A DNA stretch of 64,000 nucleotides, from positions 1 through 64,000 of the forward strand of contig CBFDEM010000025.1 of the NCBI GenBank assembly GCA_965603825.1, read 5' to 3'. This document shows positions 51,149-64,000 of the stretch, piece by piece (position 1 is the first letter of the stretch; each line of letters opens with the position of its first letter). The notes below the pieces were generated by a model. It was given only the letters and a program-made list of their open reading frames with translations, ran no database searches and was not told the origin of the DNA. The position numbers were made by a program, and so were the translations under genes. The DNA comes from Blepharisma stoltei ATCC 30299. Lineage: Eukaryota; Protista; Ciliophora.

Positions 51149-52777
51149 ATGGTTAAGGCTGGAAAGTCCCATAAAAAGGTCGACATCCCAGCTAAGAAGC
51201 ATAAGACCTCCAAAGTCAATAAAAAAGCAAAACCTCTTCCAAAAGAGAAATCTCACAATAAAAACAAAACTCCCCACAAAAACACCACAGGCAAGCCTAA
51301 AAACAAGCAATCAAAAAATTCCTCAGAAGCTGAGGTCTCAAAAGCTTCAGCCTTAAAACAAACTCTCTTATCAGCCGCATCAGGCTCAATCCAAAATATC
51401 GACGAAATCTGGAGCAAGCTTAATTTTGAAAGCACCATAGAAACCACATCATTCATCACAAAACTAAAAGCAAAATTACTTAAGCTTAAAATTGAAGACA
51501 CAGAAGACGAGGAGCTTGGCAAAAGAAAAGCCCAAGGCTTAAGCTTGATAACCTCAACACAACTCGAAAGACTTGTGCACTTAAATCTCCTTCTCTGCCT
51601 AGAAGGCTTGTTCTATGAAAATATATCAGATGCTAAAGATTTATACAAAATCATCAAATCTTTAGTATCCCCAAAACCTTCAAAAAAGTCAGCAAAATCA
51701 AGCAGCAAGCTTGATGAACTTTTTAAGTTCTTTTTATCACAGCTTGTGAAGCCAGTCTCTTATATAAGAGATGCGATAAAAAAGACTTTTAAGCTGTTTG
51801 TGGGTGAAGTTTCTAATGAGTTTATTGAAATGATTTGTGAGATGATGAAGAGTGGGAATGTTCAAATTGAGATGCCAACTGAAGAGGAAGAAGAAAAAGA
51901 GGAAGATGTAGAAGTGGACACAGAAAAAGGAATCGAAGGTATTTTTGAGGAGCCGAAGAAAAATAACCAAGAAGCGACTTTGAAGCAAAATTTTTTAATT
52001 CGTGCTTGCGATTTATTAGAAGTTTTGATAAAGAAAACACAAGATGCAGACGTTTATATAAAATTGTATCAAACCTTGCTTACAGCTTTTAAGTCAACAT
52101 ATAAAGCCAAAGGCAAAGGAGGCTTGACAGGGAGATATCAAGCTTTGCTTGGGAATATTACAAAAACACAAGTAGATATCAAGCCAGAACACCATGAGAT
52201 TTTAACAGAGATTGCAAATTCCTTAGCTAAAGCTATGACGAAGGACAAAAACTTAAACAACTCGATATCACGGAATCTTAACCACCTGATAAGGGTCATC
52301 CACAATTTTGATCACGAAGAAGCTGAGAAAATCGTCATTGAATGCACTAAAAAATTTATGGAAGATCACAATGCAAAAATGAGCACAAACACTTTAGCCG
52401 ATATAATCATGATTATTAAACCTGAAAATCGCATAAAGCGAACGCTTTTTAAATACACAAAAGAAGGAAGAAAGCCTTCACTTAGACTCGAAATTTTACA
52501 AATTATTAAAAAAGGCCTTAAGAAATGGGAAATAAGTGATAAAGAATGGAAGAAGCTAGCTGATATCGCAAAAGAGACGTGGAATGAAGAAATAAAGCAA
52601 AAACATAAGAATAAGCTGCTCACACATCTTTTAGCAGCAATGGTGATAGTCGCAAGCCACGTAAAAAATATTTCAAGCTTAAGTGAGGATGTAGAAGCAT
52701 TAAAGAAAAGCACAAATAATTCACCACAATTCCATGGATTTTTCAATCAGTTAAGCAAATTTAAAAATAGCGAATAG
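51149..52777 (+). CDS. Lys-rich, helical-repeat protein, probably nucleolar (weak resemblance to Pol5/MYBBP1A)
   Basis: 542-aa ORF with basic N-terminus and central acidic tract. The family call is tentative. Confidence 0.65.
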   Translation: MVKAGKSHKKVDIPAKKHKTSKVNKKAKPLPKEKSHNKNKTPHKNTTGKPKNKQSKNSSEAEVSKASALKQTLLSAASGSIQNIDEIWSKLNFESTIETTSFITKLKAKLLKLKIEDTEDEELGKRKAQGLSLITSTQLERLVHLNLLLCLEGLFYENISDAKDLYKIIKSLVSPKPSKKSAKSSSKLDELFKFFLSQLVKPVSYIRDAIKKTFKLFVGEVSNEFIEMICEMMKSGNVQIEMPTEEEEEKEEDVEVDTEKGIEGIFEEPKKNNQEATLKQNFLIRACDLLEVLIKKTQDADVYIKLYQTLLTAFKSTYKAKGKGGLTGRYQALLGNITKTQVDIKPEHHEILTEIANSLAKAMTKDKNLNNSISRNLNHLIRVIHNFDHEEAEKIVIECTKKFMEDHNAKMSTNTLADIIMIIKPENRIKRTLFKYTKEGRKPSLRLEILQIIKKGLKKWEISDKEWKKLADIAKETWNEEIKQKHKNKLLTHLLAAMVIVASHVKNISSLSEDVEALKKSTNNSPQFHGFFNQLSKFKNSE

Positions 52778-52929
52778 ATTTTGGCTTTAAAATTTGGAAA
52801 TTAATAAAAATGTGAATAAGAAATTACTCACTATAAATTAAATAAATTAGTTTCAGGAAACTAAGTCATGAAATAAATGGTTTGCTTGTATCAAAACATC
52901 AGAAATATTTTAAAATTCGTAGAAATAAA

Positions 52930-53517
52930 ATGGAAAGTTTAATAGATGAAGAGACTCCTGAAGAATTAGAAACTGCCTTTCAAAGGTTCAGAGAATTTGC
53001 CCCCACTTTGGAATCTGCTTTGTCTACTCAGAGAATCCTTAAAGAATACAAAACTTTAGTTCGGACGAAAGAATGCAAAGGAATCCACACTGAATTTGAA
53101 AATGGCTCGAATATCTATGTTTGAAATATTCATATTGACATGAACAAATATCAAATTTCTTCTATATTAAATAGTGATTTTGATGCATATGTACAAAGAA
53201 ATCCAGGTAGAAAAAAAGAACTTGTTTTCGAGGTCAGATACGGTCAGAACTATCCTTCAGAGCCTCCATTTGTCAGAGTTATAAGACCGAGGTTTTCATT
53301 TCGCACTGGCCATATCACGATAGGAGGTTCAGTTTGTATCCATGGTTTAACTACTTCAGGTTGAAATCCAGATAGAAACATCGATGGGATACTTATGGAA
53401 ATTTTGTCAAATATAGCGGAAGGCCATGGAAGACTTGATTGCTACCACGACAGAGACTACACTCTCAATGAAGCTGAAATCGCGTTTAGACGAGCCCTCA
53501 GGGTTCATGGATGGTAA
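52930..53517 (+). CDS. UBE2Q-like ubiquitin-conjugating enzyme
   Basis: QRILKEY, NIYV(W), YPSEPPFVRVIRPRF, GHITIGGSVC (catalytic Cys), LTTSG(W), HGW-stop. Confidence 0.88.
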
Positions 53518-53537
53518 TTCAAATAATAAAAATAAAA

Positions 53538-53966
53538 ATGGATTTTCTTAAAGAGACTCTTCTAGAGCCTCTCCGGCCCAGCTCATGGCAGCCAGGCAAC
53601 TACTCATTCATGTGAATCTACCTAATTATTTTTGTGATTACTTATTATTTTTACCACAAAATTTCAAATTATATTTACATGAAAAAGACTTTTTCCACAC
53701 AAAGAACTTCCTTATATGAAGACCGAAAAAAATCTTCATGGGAAAGAAGGGAAAAAGAGCTTGAAGAATTGAGGATAAGGCAGGAAGAAGAAAAAGAGAT
53801 GAACCAAGAAGAGGAAGAAGAGAAAAAACAAGAAGAAGAAAGGAAAGAAAGGGCGAGAAAAAGAGATGCGTATTTTAGGGAAACTATGAATGCCCCAACT
53901 AGGTATAAACCAAATATGGAGGAAAGGTATCCAAATGTTTGTAAGCGATCTAGAGGATGACGCTAG
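53538..53966 (+). CDS. SelS/SelK-family selenoprotein candidate (142 aa; C-terminus ...VCKRSRG-U-R-stop)
   Basis: Single N-terminal TM, charged coiled coil, R/P/G tail, penultimate TGA 53958-53960, TAG 53964-53966, SECIS-like hairpin downstream. Confidence 0.8.
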
Positions 53967-53986
53967 ACCAGAAGATTGTTTAATAA

Positions 53987-54034
53987 AGCTCAAGTGACGG
54001 ATTACCCAAAATTGGAAGGGTGATCTAGAGAGCT
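53987..54034 (+). promoter_or_regulatory. SECIS element (GUGA type)
   Basis: AGCT-caa-G-TGAC-GGATTACCC-AAAATTGGAA-GGGTGATCT-AGAG-AGCT: tandem GA/GA core, 9-bp helix II, apical AAA 10 nt after TGA, short helix I. Confidence 0.8.
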
Positions 54035-55083
54035 GATATAAATTAAAAATTTTATTGTAAATTCAATATTTATGATTTTGGTTTGGAATTTCTTATATAA
54101 ATTATATTTATATCTTAGAATAAGAAATAATGCAAATTATTTTTTAATACTTATAATAATTGATATAAAAACTATATTTCCTAATCTTAATTTTTGAATT
54201 AAAAATAAATATTGTATATCCTTTTCATTAATTCTTATTTCTTTATTCTATAAGCCTGATCTTTCTATTTATTGTAAATGTCATAAAATATCTTTTAAGA
54301 TTTATTTCGTTAATCAAAATTTAAATTAATTATTATCACTATTTTAAGATTTATAATAATAATTCTTTAATAAATAAGATAGAAAATTCTAGATGAGAAA
54401 AATTGGAAAGTCAAGAATCTTTCTCATAAAACCATCTAAAACTCGCGGTTTATAATTCAATATGGCCACAAAAAAATTATATTTCTATTTGTATTCAAGC
54501 TAAGCTTTTGAATTCTACGATTAAATTTAAACGTTTTTAAATAAAATAGTGATTTAAAATGACTAAAAATGAAAGGACAGGCGATTCTCAAGATCTCATA
54601 GATAAGCTCTAAAATTGAGGATTTATCGCTTCAGGTCATAGAATCCCGCATCTTTTTAACTCAGATTTCTCCGATATCTCCAAGAAATCTATATGAAAAA
54701 CCTTTTTCGGAAATCATTAGGGGGTGCAGAATTTTATCATCTATTCCCAAGATAAATCAAGAAAATGGAAAAATGCTCGACCAATTAGTCACAATTTTTT
54801 AGCTCTTCACGGCCCATACTTATATGAAGAAACTCATCATCCGATGATCCCAATGTTTCAAATCCCGAATTCCCAAAAAAGCCCTTGGAAATGGGGTTTG
54901 GGGATTGGGAAATTATGAAAAGTGCAAAAGTCCAAGCTCTTTTTAATTTACAGTGAATTCTCCTGAATCCCATTCTTGACATTACCCAAAGCCAAAATTT
55001 TCCATCAAATTCCTCAAATTTCAACAAAAAACTACAAAAAAAGCAAGACTTTGAAGAAATTTTAAAAATCAAAAAATCATGAA

Positions 55084-55539
55084 ATGAAATTCAGATTATT
55101 ACCATTCCAAAGATGCCCAAAAAATGAGCACAAATGATTGTTATTAATCACAAACAAATTTATGGTGAAAATAACCAATAACGCAGAAGAAGCAAATTCT
55201 TCCCAAGACATGAGTGAAGAAAAAATAATAGAACTCGCAGACTCTATGCTATGCCTCGAAGACCCAAATTTGGGTAAAGGAAAGCATTGGAGCCGGTGCG
55301 AAACTCTTAATCTCATCAAAGCAATAATAAAATTTTCAACTTCCAAAGGGATAAAGTGGAAGCAAGTTATTAAAGAAGTGTCTGGTAAAACTGTGCAACA
55401 AGCCCAGTCAAGGTATTTCTACATCAGACTTAAAGTCAATAAGCAATTCCGGAGATTGCGGGAAATGAGAGCTCATTGTGTCACTTCTTTGAGCAAAGAA
55501 CATTGAATTGACCTGCAAGCTTGATTTAAATTTAAATAA
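55084..55539 (+). CDS. Myb/SANT-domain protein (start uncertain; region may be partly degenerate)
   Basis: KGKHWSRCETLNLIKAI...IKWKQVIKEVSGKTVQQAQSRY. The upstream 54560-55080 looks coding but has stops in all frames. Confidence 0.6.
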
Positions 55540-56506
55540 AATATTAAATATATTTTGAAGACGAGCAACTTTGAGTATTTTTTAAAAGTCCCTGGGATGA
55601 GTGGATTCAAATCAGTATTCAAGAAATGGTGAGCTGTGACGCACTTTATTAATTATGGAGTTAGAAATGAACATAAATTAGCCCCAAAAATTTATTATTG
55701 AAGAAATAAGAAGCAAAAAACTCATATGCTGATACTAGCAGCTTGGATCGTATGCATAATCTTGATCCTTGAGATATTTTTGGTGAGTTTTATATTGAAA
55801 GATATAAATATTTTTAATTTTTCTTTATAATAAAAAATATAAATCTGGATCTTTGATTTAACAGTAAGCAAACTTTTGATGAAGTTTATAGATTCTTATG
55901 AGGTTGTAATTTTAAAATGGAAAATGCTTACTTCTTAAAAAATAGTTTGTATAATTTTAAGATTTTGAGACCATTAGGACTATAACTATCTCAGCAAAAA
56001 TAAGCATAAGTATTAACTAGTAAAACTTTAATTAAAAATTTATAGGAGTAAGCTGAATTTTTAAAAATGCTTGAATGAGCATATAGAATTTTAATATGCT
56101 TTTCATTGTCTAATTTTTAATTTAATATATAATTAAACTTGATACTTATTTAATTGTTTATTTATGACATACTATGAAGTAACTTTTTAATATTTTATTT
56201 AGAGATATGGAGCTTCATGGCATAGGTAATGTACAAGTAGGTCTTATTAAAAATTTATTAATATTCATTAAAAATAATTCATCAAATTTTGTTACGATGA
56301 AAAGTTGGGCTCAATAATTTTTTCAATCAAATTTTTAAAACAAATTCTAACATTAAATTCTCTATTTATTATTAAATAATTTTCCCTCAATGTTCTATTA
56401 CTAAATTAGCAGTTTTTCTCCATAATATCTCAACTGCTTTTCATTAAAATATTTATTTTTTAAAGCAAGTCGCTATTATCACATAGAATTTCTTGTTAAT
56501 TATTAA

Positions 56507-57202
56507 CTACCTCGGCGCTTCATTTTCAAGCATCCACAACGCCGAAATCACATATCTAAAATTTTCTCCATTATTTTGAAATTCTATCTTCTGCCCAATA
56601 ATTGCGGAATCTCCAAAGCAAGGCTCTATTTGTCAACAATTATAAAAAATTGCCCTCCCCCTTTCAGCGACTGCATAACACCAATTTTTTTTCCTGCTAG
56701 ACAAGCAGTCATCAGCATGGACAATTAAATTTAATTTCCCTTTTTTTCCCATTTCCCTTTCATAATCTTCTAAAAATAGCTGTTTTGCTTTAATTCCGAC
56801 CTTTGCCATAACTTTTTCAATCGTGTATTTTCTCCTTATTTTGAAAAAGTTTTCAGGTACCACCTTATTCATTCCTATGGCAGCTGTTATAAAGGCACAT
56901 TCAAGAGCATAAGAAAGCCCTTGACATTTATGGAGAGGGCGGTCTCTGAGAGTTAATTTTCTATTGCAAAAATTTGATTGCCAAGAAGCACTGAAAACTT
57001 TGTAATCGCTAGAAGATTCAGATTCGTTAGTTTTGGACTCAGAAAATGGGTTGTCGTCGACGTTGATTATTTCTTGCTCGTTTTCGCTGTCTTCTTCTTT
57101 TTTTGGAATTTTGTGAGAGAGTGGGTTGATGAGATCGATAAATTGTTTGGGTTTCTTACGAGGTTTCGAGGGGTCTTCAGAATCATTAGACCTTTTGACC
57201 AT
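56507..57202 (-). CDS. Hypothetical protein with N-terminal NLS-like motif (KPRKKPK)
   Basis: 189-aa ORF extends through TGA to TAG at 56507-56509. Confidence 0.65.
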
Positions 57203-58174
57203 TTTAATAATAGAAGTTGATCCCCCATTTTCTTAATTATATATTAAGGTAGCCTATAGGATTTTTTATAATTCATTTAATAAAGAAAATATAAATTAAG
57301 AATTTTAAATAATCTTTTATTAGGATTTTATAAAATAATTCTGAATATAATAAATAAGAATTCTGCGTTATATACAGATCAGATAAGCAAATTATAAAAT
57401 TAGAGCTAAAATATATACTGACTTCCTGGCCAAAATAGTATTAAGATGTTTTGAAATTCATTTATACATAGATTTTTGTTGAAGTAATAAAATTTCTTTT
57501 TGTAAAAAGTGAAAATAATAATTTGTATAGTCTTGAATTATGCTTAACAGATCTCGCTCAAAAAGAAAAATTATTAAATTATATAATAAAAATGTTTCCA
57601 CTATAAAAGAGAATCCTAAGTGGCAAAAACAGAGACAACTGATGTTAGTCAACGATAAAAATTTGATAATCCAGATACTTTTCCTAAAATTCCTAATATA
57701 TGCTGGTGAAATTTTTTCTTAAGAAAATCTATAAATTGAAAAATTTAACCATTCGAAATGAAGAATATGAAAAGGTTATAAAATTAGAAATGAATAGTGC
57801 TAATTAGTCTTGCTTTTAGTATAATGCAAACAAAATAAAATTTTTGAATTTTTTGAATTGAAATATGAATTCTTGGGATTTGAGAGGATTAAATCATAAA
57901 TACAATTTAATCTATATATCAAAAAAACAAAGTCAGAAAAGACCAAAAGAAAAGTAAAATATTTTGCTGTGAGCAATAAAAATGAGATATAAATTTTAAT
58001 TCTTATTTAATATTATTTAGTGGCTCTGGAGGCCATTTACAAAATTATTCATATTAGGCTTTCTCTATAATTTTTCTGTCTCTCCTCATTATTAAATTTG
58101 CTTAGAAGTTTAATGTCCTGGCCAGGCGAACTTTTATTCGAAAATATGGTACCATATAATTCCTTATTGAATCA

Positions 58175-61100
58175 ATGACTGTCTTAGAGCATGCACATGC
58201 ACAAGATTTCACAGTAAATTCAACACCCTATCGAAAACTAAAAAAATTCTCATACAGCATTTTAAGCCAACTTTTTGTGGCAAAATACAGCTCTAAGCCT
58301 CAGTTAAAACATCAAGCGATTTTAGAAGCAATTTTGAATTTAATTTTAACCCTACAAATAGTTTCGCTAGCTTGATATCCAGACCTAAATATCTCCAATT
58401 GGTCAACCTTTCTATCATTTTTAAGGATTTTAGGATATATAAGCTATGATTCTATTTGTGCCGATTTAGGTATAATGAATTTATGTTTTGGAGCAACGGC
58501 ATTCGCGATATATGCTGAGTTTGTTTTCTTATTTATTTTTGGAATTTTTGCTTATTTGAACAAAAACCTTCCAAAAATCCTCACTTTTATCCCGATAAAA
58601 ATAGCCCATATTTTTACATCAATAGGAATTATACCAAGTTTCATGATAATGCTTATGGTTTTTAAATATTCCATAATTAATGCGGAATATATAGAAGAAT
58701 ATGACAATGGAATTAGCGCTAAAGATTTTAATTACGGGACCTTTGGGATAGTTTTTTCCTTATTTTCTATGATTTTGCTGCTTTGTATCAATTTTCTTTA
58801 TGAATTTTTTATATGTGACATGAAGCATTCTCACCATAATTTAAATATAAAAGCCAGGTCTTCATCGGAATTGGATTTGCAAAGAAAAGCCTTTTATATC
58901 GTCATGTGCATTTTTTACGTTTCATTTGGAAAAGATAACGTGTCAGGTTTACAAATATCTGCATTTATTATTAGTTTTGGGCTGATGGTAAAAAGTATTT
59001 ACGTTTTGCAATATTTTAATGTGGTCGAGAATTGTATACAAATTTATAAAATGGCAGCGATTTCGATGACTTTGCTAATATTTTTATTTGGAGAAATCTT
59101 GGATAACACAAAAATTATCATAGTTTTTAATATTATTTTGCAGCCAATTGTAGCGTATTTTACTATAAAATTTGTAGCTTATAAATATAAGAAGCTTAAA
59201 GAAAATTCTGAAAATCCGAGAAATCAGTTTGAGTTTGAAAGAAAATTCAGACATTTATTTACAAGAAGCCATGATCTTGACGCAGATAAATCTTTGAATT
59301 TATTTACGGATTATTGGAATGCTAGACAATTTAAGAAAAACAAGCTATTTTTAATATGAGAGTTTGATGTATGTATTTCAATACTTAAAGATGAAAGACT
59401 TGCAAGGGTAAAATTTTCAAAAATTTCAAAAGCAGAATTTTCATTAGAAGGAGACATCCAAGAATGAAAAATTTTTACTTGGCTTAAGAACGGGGATCGC
59501 CACAAGTTTTCAGACACCAGCTTTATGGAGTTTTTGCTGAAATTTAGCAAAATTAAAAAGAAGGATGAAGCAATTTGCAACATCTTAATACAGCTCTGCA
59601 ACGAATTTAATTCCAGACAGCCAAGGATAAAAAAATTGATAAATTTAGTTTATAAGACTGGGGACAATATTGGCAATATTACTGAAAACTATAAAAAACT
59701 TACCGAAAAGTATAAAAGTGCTGAATCATATGACCACTATGCCAGTTTTCTTGAAAATATTGTAAGTAACATAGAAGAGGCCAATTTAATCCATAGGAAG
59801 AAAAATGTGTTAAATATTAATAATTTTCATGGGGAATACCAAAACCTTGAAAATTATGGAAAAGATGTTGGAGTGCTTCTTGTTTCCTGCTCGGAAGAAG
59901 CTTTTGGGACGATTTGCTATATAAATGACAAGGCTTCCCAGATATTGAAAACTTCAATAGTAAATGCTTTAGGAATTCCTTTAGCAAATTTTATTCCACA
60001 TCCTTTCGGCCGCTTGCATGACATGTTGATGAAAAACTTTTTAAAAGAATCTACAAGGGTAGATATCCCTTCACACAGAACCTTGTGTTTACAAGCAAAT
60101 GACGGGTTTTTAATAGAGTGTTATACAATGATAAATTTAACCGCATTTTATGACTCGGCTTATTTTTTGGTATCGTTTAAGCCTCGATCGACAACTAGAC
60201 AAGTTGCCATAATTTCTGAAGAAAATATCATAATAAATAGTTCAGAATTCTTTGGACACTATTTAGGCAGCACTGCAAAAAATTTGCGAAATATCCCTCT
60301 TTCTGATATTATTCCAAGAATTTATATCACGAAAATGCAAGACTATGAGCCCGTAGTCCGTAATGTTAACAACCAGTGTCTTGCACTGGTCCGTATCAAA
60401 AAAATAATAAAAACGGTATCTTTTTATTTTTTAATTGTAGTTCACAATGATGACGAAATTCGCCGGTGGCAGCTAGGTGAGGACGAAGACCAGCTACAGA
60501 ATTTTTATATTGAAAATGCCAATAATTCAGCCCAATATAAAAGTTTGGGAAATTTAAATAGCTTTATATTATCTAGCTACGAAACTTCGCCAAAAAAGCA
60601 CGATAAAGAAACTGATACTTTGGCTCAAAATTCGTTTTTGCCACTATCAGAAGAGAAAAAATCAGAAAATCAATTCGAAAGTACGTCCAAGCGTTCTTCA
60701 TCAAGAAGTAGCAGTAATATTAACTCAAATCACGCCAAGAAATTATTATTTTTATCAAAAAGAAAAATATGGATGCTTCAATGAGCTTTATTGATCGTCG
60801 TAAGAAAAAATTAGATCTTTACAGTAATTATCACAATGGTGGCGGTTCTTTCATATATAATTTCAGATGTTTCCCATACTTCGAAAATGAGCTCTTTAGG
60901 AGATCTTGGGAAACTTTTATATGATTATGAGACTATTACAGACTGGTCTAGGACAATTGATAAGCAAGTAAAAGCAAATAGCACGTCGACACAAGCTCAA
61001 AAAGTTATCAACATAAATTATTTTCTCAGTATTGTAAGCGATTTAGAAGTCATCCAAAATGTGCTTTTGGATCATTTCAGAGACTGAAGCTTTTGTGATA

Positions 61101-62356
61101 GCTCAAAAATTATTTCTAAAGAGATTATTCCAACTTGGAATTTTAACACAAATACCCCAACAATTGAAAAAGTAAATCTTTATAATGGAATTAGTAACTT
61201 TATCGCTGAAGTAAGCTATATTTAGGGAAAAAAATTCATCAGCAATATTAATTTGAATAAAGATTATTTATCTAGCTTAAAATACATATTTTTGAACGGC
61301 ATTTCAGACTCTTTTGATTACATAAATAGGACTACCTATGATATTGCAGACTGCGAAGTCAATAGAATTTTAGTCACAGGAACCAATATAAATGCACTGA
61401 TAATTTCAGGACTTTTGGCCTTAGGCGCTTTATTTTTTGTAGTTTTAGGGTTCGCTGTATTAGTGTCAAAAACATATGATGAATTTTGGAATTTTATGCT
61501 AAATAAAGCCCAAGTGTCTATGGCAAAGCTTAAAGCGTCCTCAATAGATAGATTAATGGTGGTACATGGGATTGATTATAATTCTGAGACCACAAGTGCA
61601 GAATACATGAAAATCAGCAGCCATATACGAAGCATAAAGTCTCATTTATATCTAAAATTTATGTGAAAGATTCTTATATTTTTTACAATTGCAGCCTCTT
61701 ATTATTTTTTAATATATTTTTATATGTACCCACGCTGCGAAAATATGATGATAAAACGACCTAAACTTTTGAACAACTATAACTCTAAAAGAGTGCTGAT
61801 ATCAAGGCTAAATATTTTTGGAAGGGAATGTATGAGTCCTTATATGGGCTATAACTTTAAAGATTCCTATGATTTTCCGAATGCTAAAACTATGGTAGAT
61901 AAAACATATGAATATTTGGTACAAAATATCAAGGAATTAAAAGAAGATAATTTTTCTATTTTAATGTCTCAAAAGCTGAAAGACCGTATTTATAAAAGTA
62001 CGAATTCATCTTTTGCGATGCTGGATTATGGAAGTGATGCTTCTGTTATTAATATTATTGAAGAAATACATGTGATTTGCTTCAAAACCCCAATGACTGG
62101 AACTGAGTATTATCCGTACATAGCGAGGGTTAATGCAGTTCAAGATGAAATTTTAGCTGAATTTAAACTCGCTGATCACGATTCAAAAAATATTATAAAT
62201 GATCAATTAACTCAGATAATGAATACTACTATAGTATACTCAGTAGCTGTGCTTGTATTATTTTTCTTTTACTATTGACCGTATTTTAACAATCAAAGGA
62301 AGCAATTTGATAGGTTTTCAGTGCTTCCAACGATATTAATGATGGATCTTGAATAG
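58175..62356 (+). CDS. Large multi-TM PAS-domain protein (TmcB-like); introns 60800-60814, 61211-61225
   Basis: N-terminal TM bundle, TPR-like middle, PAS signature (GTICYIN..ASQIL...FIPHPF..LHD..MKNF), C-terminal TMs. Frame is continuous with TGA=Trp and two 15-nt introns. Confidence 0.82.
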
Positions 62357-62745
62357 GTGAACATACATACTTATTTAATCATAATAGATTTTATTAATAT
62401 ACAAATGATTAATTGCGGCTTTAAACAAGATAATAAGATATATTACATTAGAATTTTTAATTCTCTATAGAAGCTACTAAAATTTCAATTGGGACTGTAC
62501 TTGATAAATTAAAAATATAAAATAAATTCAATCAAGAAATCACTTTAGCAAATAAAAGGCTAAAATCTGATTTTTCAATGAAGTTTATTTTAAATAGCTA
62601 CTATTAAAAAATTAAATGCATATCTTATTAGAAATATCTAGTTTTATATAAAACTTTATCAAATAATGCTAAAAGTTTCAAATTTGCTATAATTAAGTCT
62701 ATTATTTTTTATCAATTTGAATTTTAATAATTGAAACCATAATTT

Positions 62746-64000
62746 ATGTCTAAAGCCTGAGAAAAAGAAAATACAACTTTTAAATTTCTACCAAAATCAC
62801 AACTTTTTAAGTTGAAAATCTTTTTATATAGTATTTTGGCTCAGCTATTTGAGGTCCAATACAGTCATACATCTCCATACAAAAGGCAGCTGCTATATGA
62901 AATTGTGATGAATAACATTTTAGCTTTACAAGTAATTTCGTTGAGCTGGTACCCAAATTTAAGCATCTCTGGATGGTCGAGCTACAAACCATTTTGAGAA
63001 ATTTTTGGTTACTTAAGCTATGACTCTATATGTGCAGAGCTAGGAATAATGAATTTCTGTTTCTATGGGACTATTTATTGATATGAGCTGAAGTTGGGTT
63101 TTTAGGTATTTTTGGGTATTATATATCAATAAATAAAAATCCACCTGAATCTGTAGCCCTTTTTCCAAGAAAGGTATCACTGTTTTTCACAACCATCGGA
63201 ATGATCCCAAGCTTTATGATAATACTGAATATTTTTAAGTATTCTATAATTGGATCGTCTTCAACAGAAGAATATAATGGAAATGCCAAAGGGAGCGATT
63301 TAAATTATAGTTACTTTGGGATTTTATTCCCTTTATTCTCTATTTTGATATTGCTTCTTTTCAATTTTTCTTTTGAAGTGTTCTCATGTGATATGCAGCA
63401 CACACACCACAAGAAAAACATAAAGGCAAGATGCTCTTCACAATTGAGCTTGCAAAATAGAGCTTTTTTCCTATTTATGTGTATTCTTTATGTCTCATGT
63501 GGAAAAGAAAATATTTTGGTATTACAAGTATCAGGCTTAATACTATCACTGTATCTGGTTATTAAAAATATATGAAGTTTACAGTATTTCAATAGCATTG
63601 AAAATAGTATTGAAATATTCAAAATTACTTCAATTTCATTGACCTTACTAATTTTTATTTTTGGCGAAGTCATGGATAATTCAGAGATTATCATGATTTT
63701 TAGTATAATTTTACAGCCAATTGCTGCCTATTTAATTGTAAAACTTGTGTTCCACAGATATAAAAAACTAAAAGAAAATAGTGAAATTCAAAAAACCAAT
63801 ACGAATTTGAAAGAAAATTCAGGCATATTCTGACTGGGGAAAATAAAGAAAATGATATAGGAATTTTAGATTTGTATCGGAGTTATTGAAATATGCCAGG
63901 ATTTATGAAAAATAAAATTTTTGCTATATGAGAATTTAATGCTGTAATTTCAATAATAAAAGATGAAAGATTGGCAAGAGTAAAATTTTCAAAAATTACT
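62746..64000 (+). pseudogene. Tandem paralog of the TM-PAS gene with frameshifts; runs off the window
   Basis: Aligns to 58175 onward. Frameshifts near 63080 and 63790 (pseudogene or sequencing indels). Confidence 0.65.

Noticed and set aside
53941-53955. GTAAGCGATCTAGAG as a 15-nt intron that would alter the selenoprotein C-terminus
   Set aside because: It ends in GAG rather than YAG and has C at position 10, whereas every other intron in the window has A there.
4123-59601. Many short antisense or alternate-frame ORFs in the track (e.g. 4642-4941, 16186-16515, 41218-41463, 49466-49888, 52366-52746)
   Set aside because: They are shadows of real genes and carry no recognisable motifs.
2550-62356. 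Widespread pseudogenisation suggested by the fragmented ORF track
   Set aside because: Breaks are TGA at conserved Trp sites or 15-nt introns, and the frames rejoin cleanly.

Overview
Left end of a macronuclear chromosome from a heterotrich ciliate, most likely Blepharisma. Three things point to this: a (CCCTAACA)n telomere at 1-2377, UGA read as Trp (in-frame TGA sits at conserved Trp positions, so the supplied standard-code ORFs are fragments), and 15-nt GT..AG introns with A at position 10. About 35 densely packed genes were rebuilt by hand. Main points: (1) A SelS/SelK-like gene (53538-53966) has a penultimate UGA followed by a GUGA-type SECIS hairpin, and also an internal UGA at the start of its TM segment, so UGA probably means both Trp and Sec in one mRNA. 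(2) A ~1.44 kb bacterial fragment (intact lpxC plus a decayed CCA-adding-enzyme 3' end) is inserted into the 3' end of a kelch-repeat pseudogene, and lpxC takes its stop codon from host DNA. (3) Eight secretory-pathway Bmt/GT91-like (GH130-like beta-propeller) genes form an array beside a signal-peptide SAM methyltransferase, a candidate glycan-synthesis cluster. (4) One UGA looks like a true stop, and one AT..AG segment looks like a fossil intron. All family calls rest on motif recognition only; no database searches were run.
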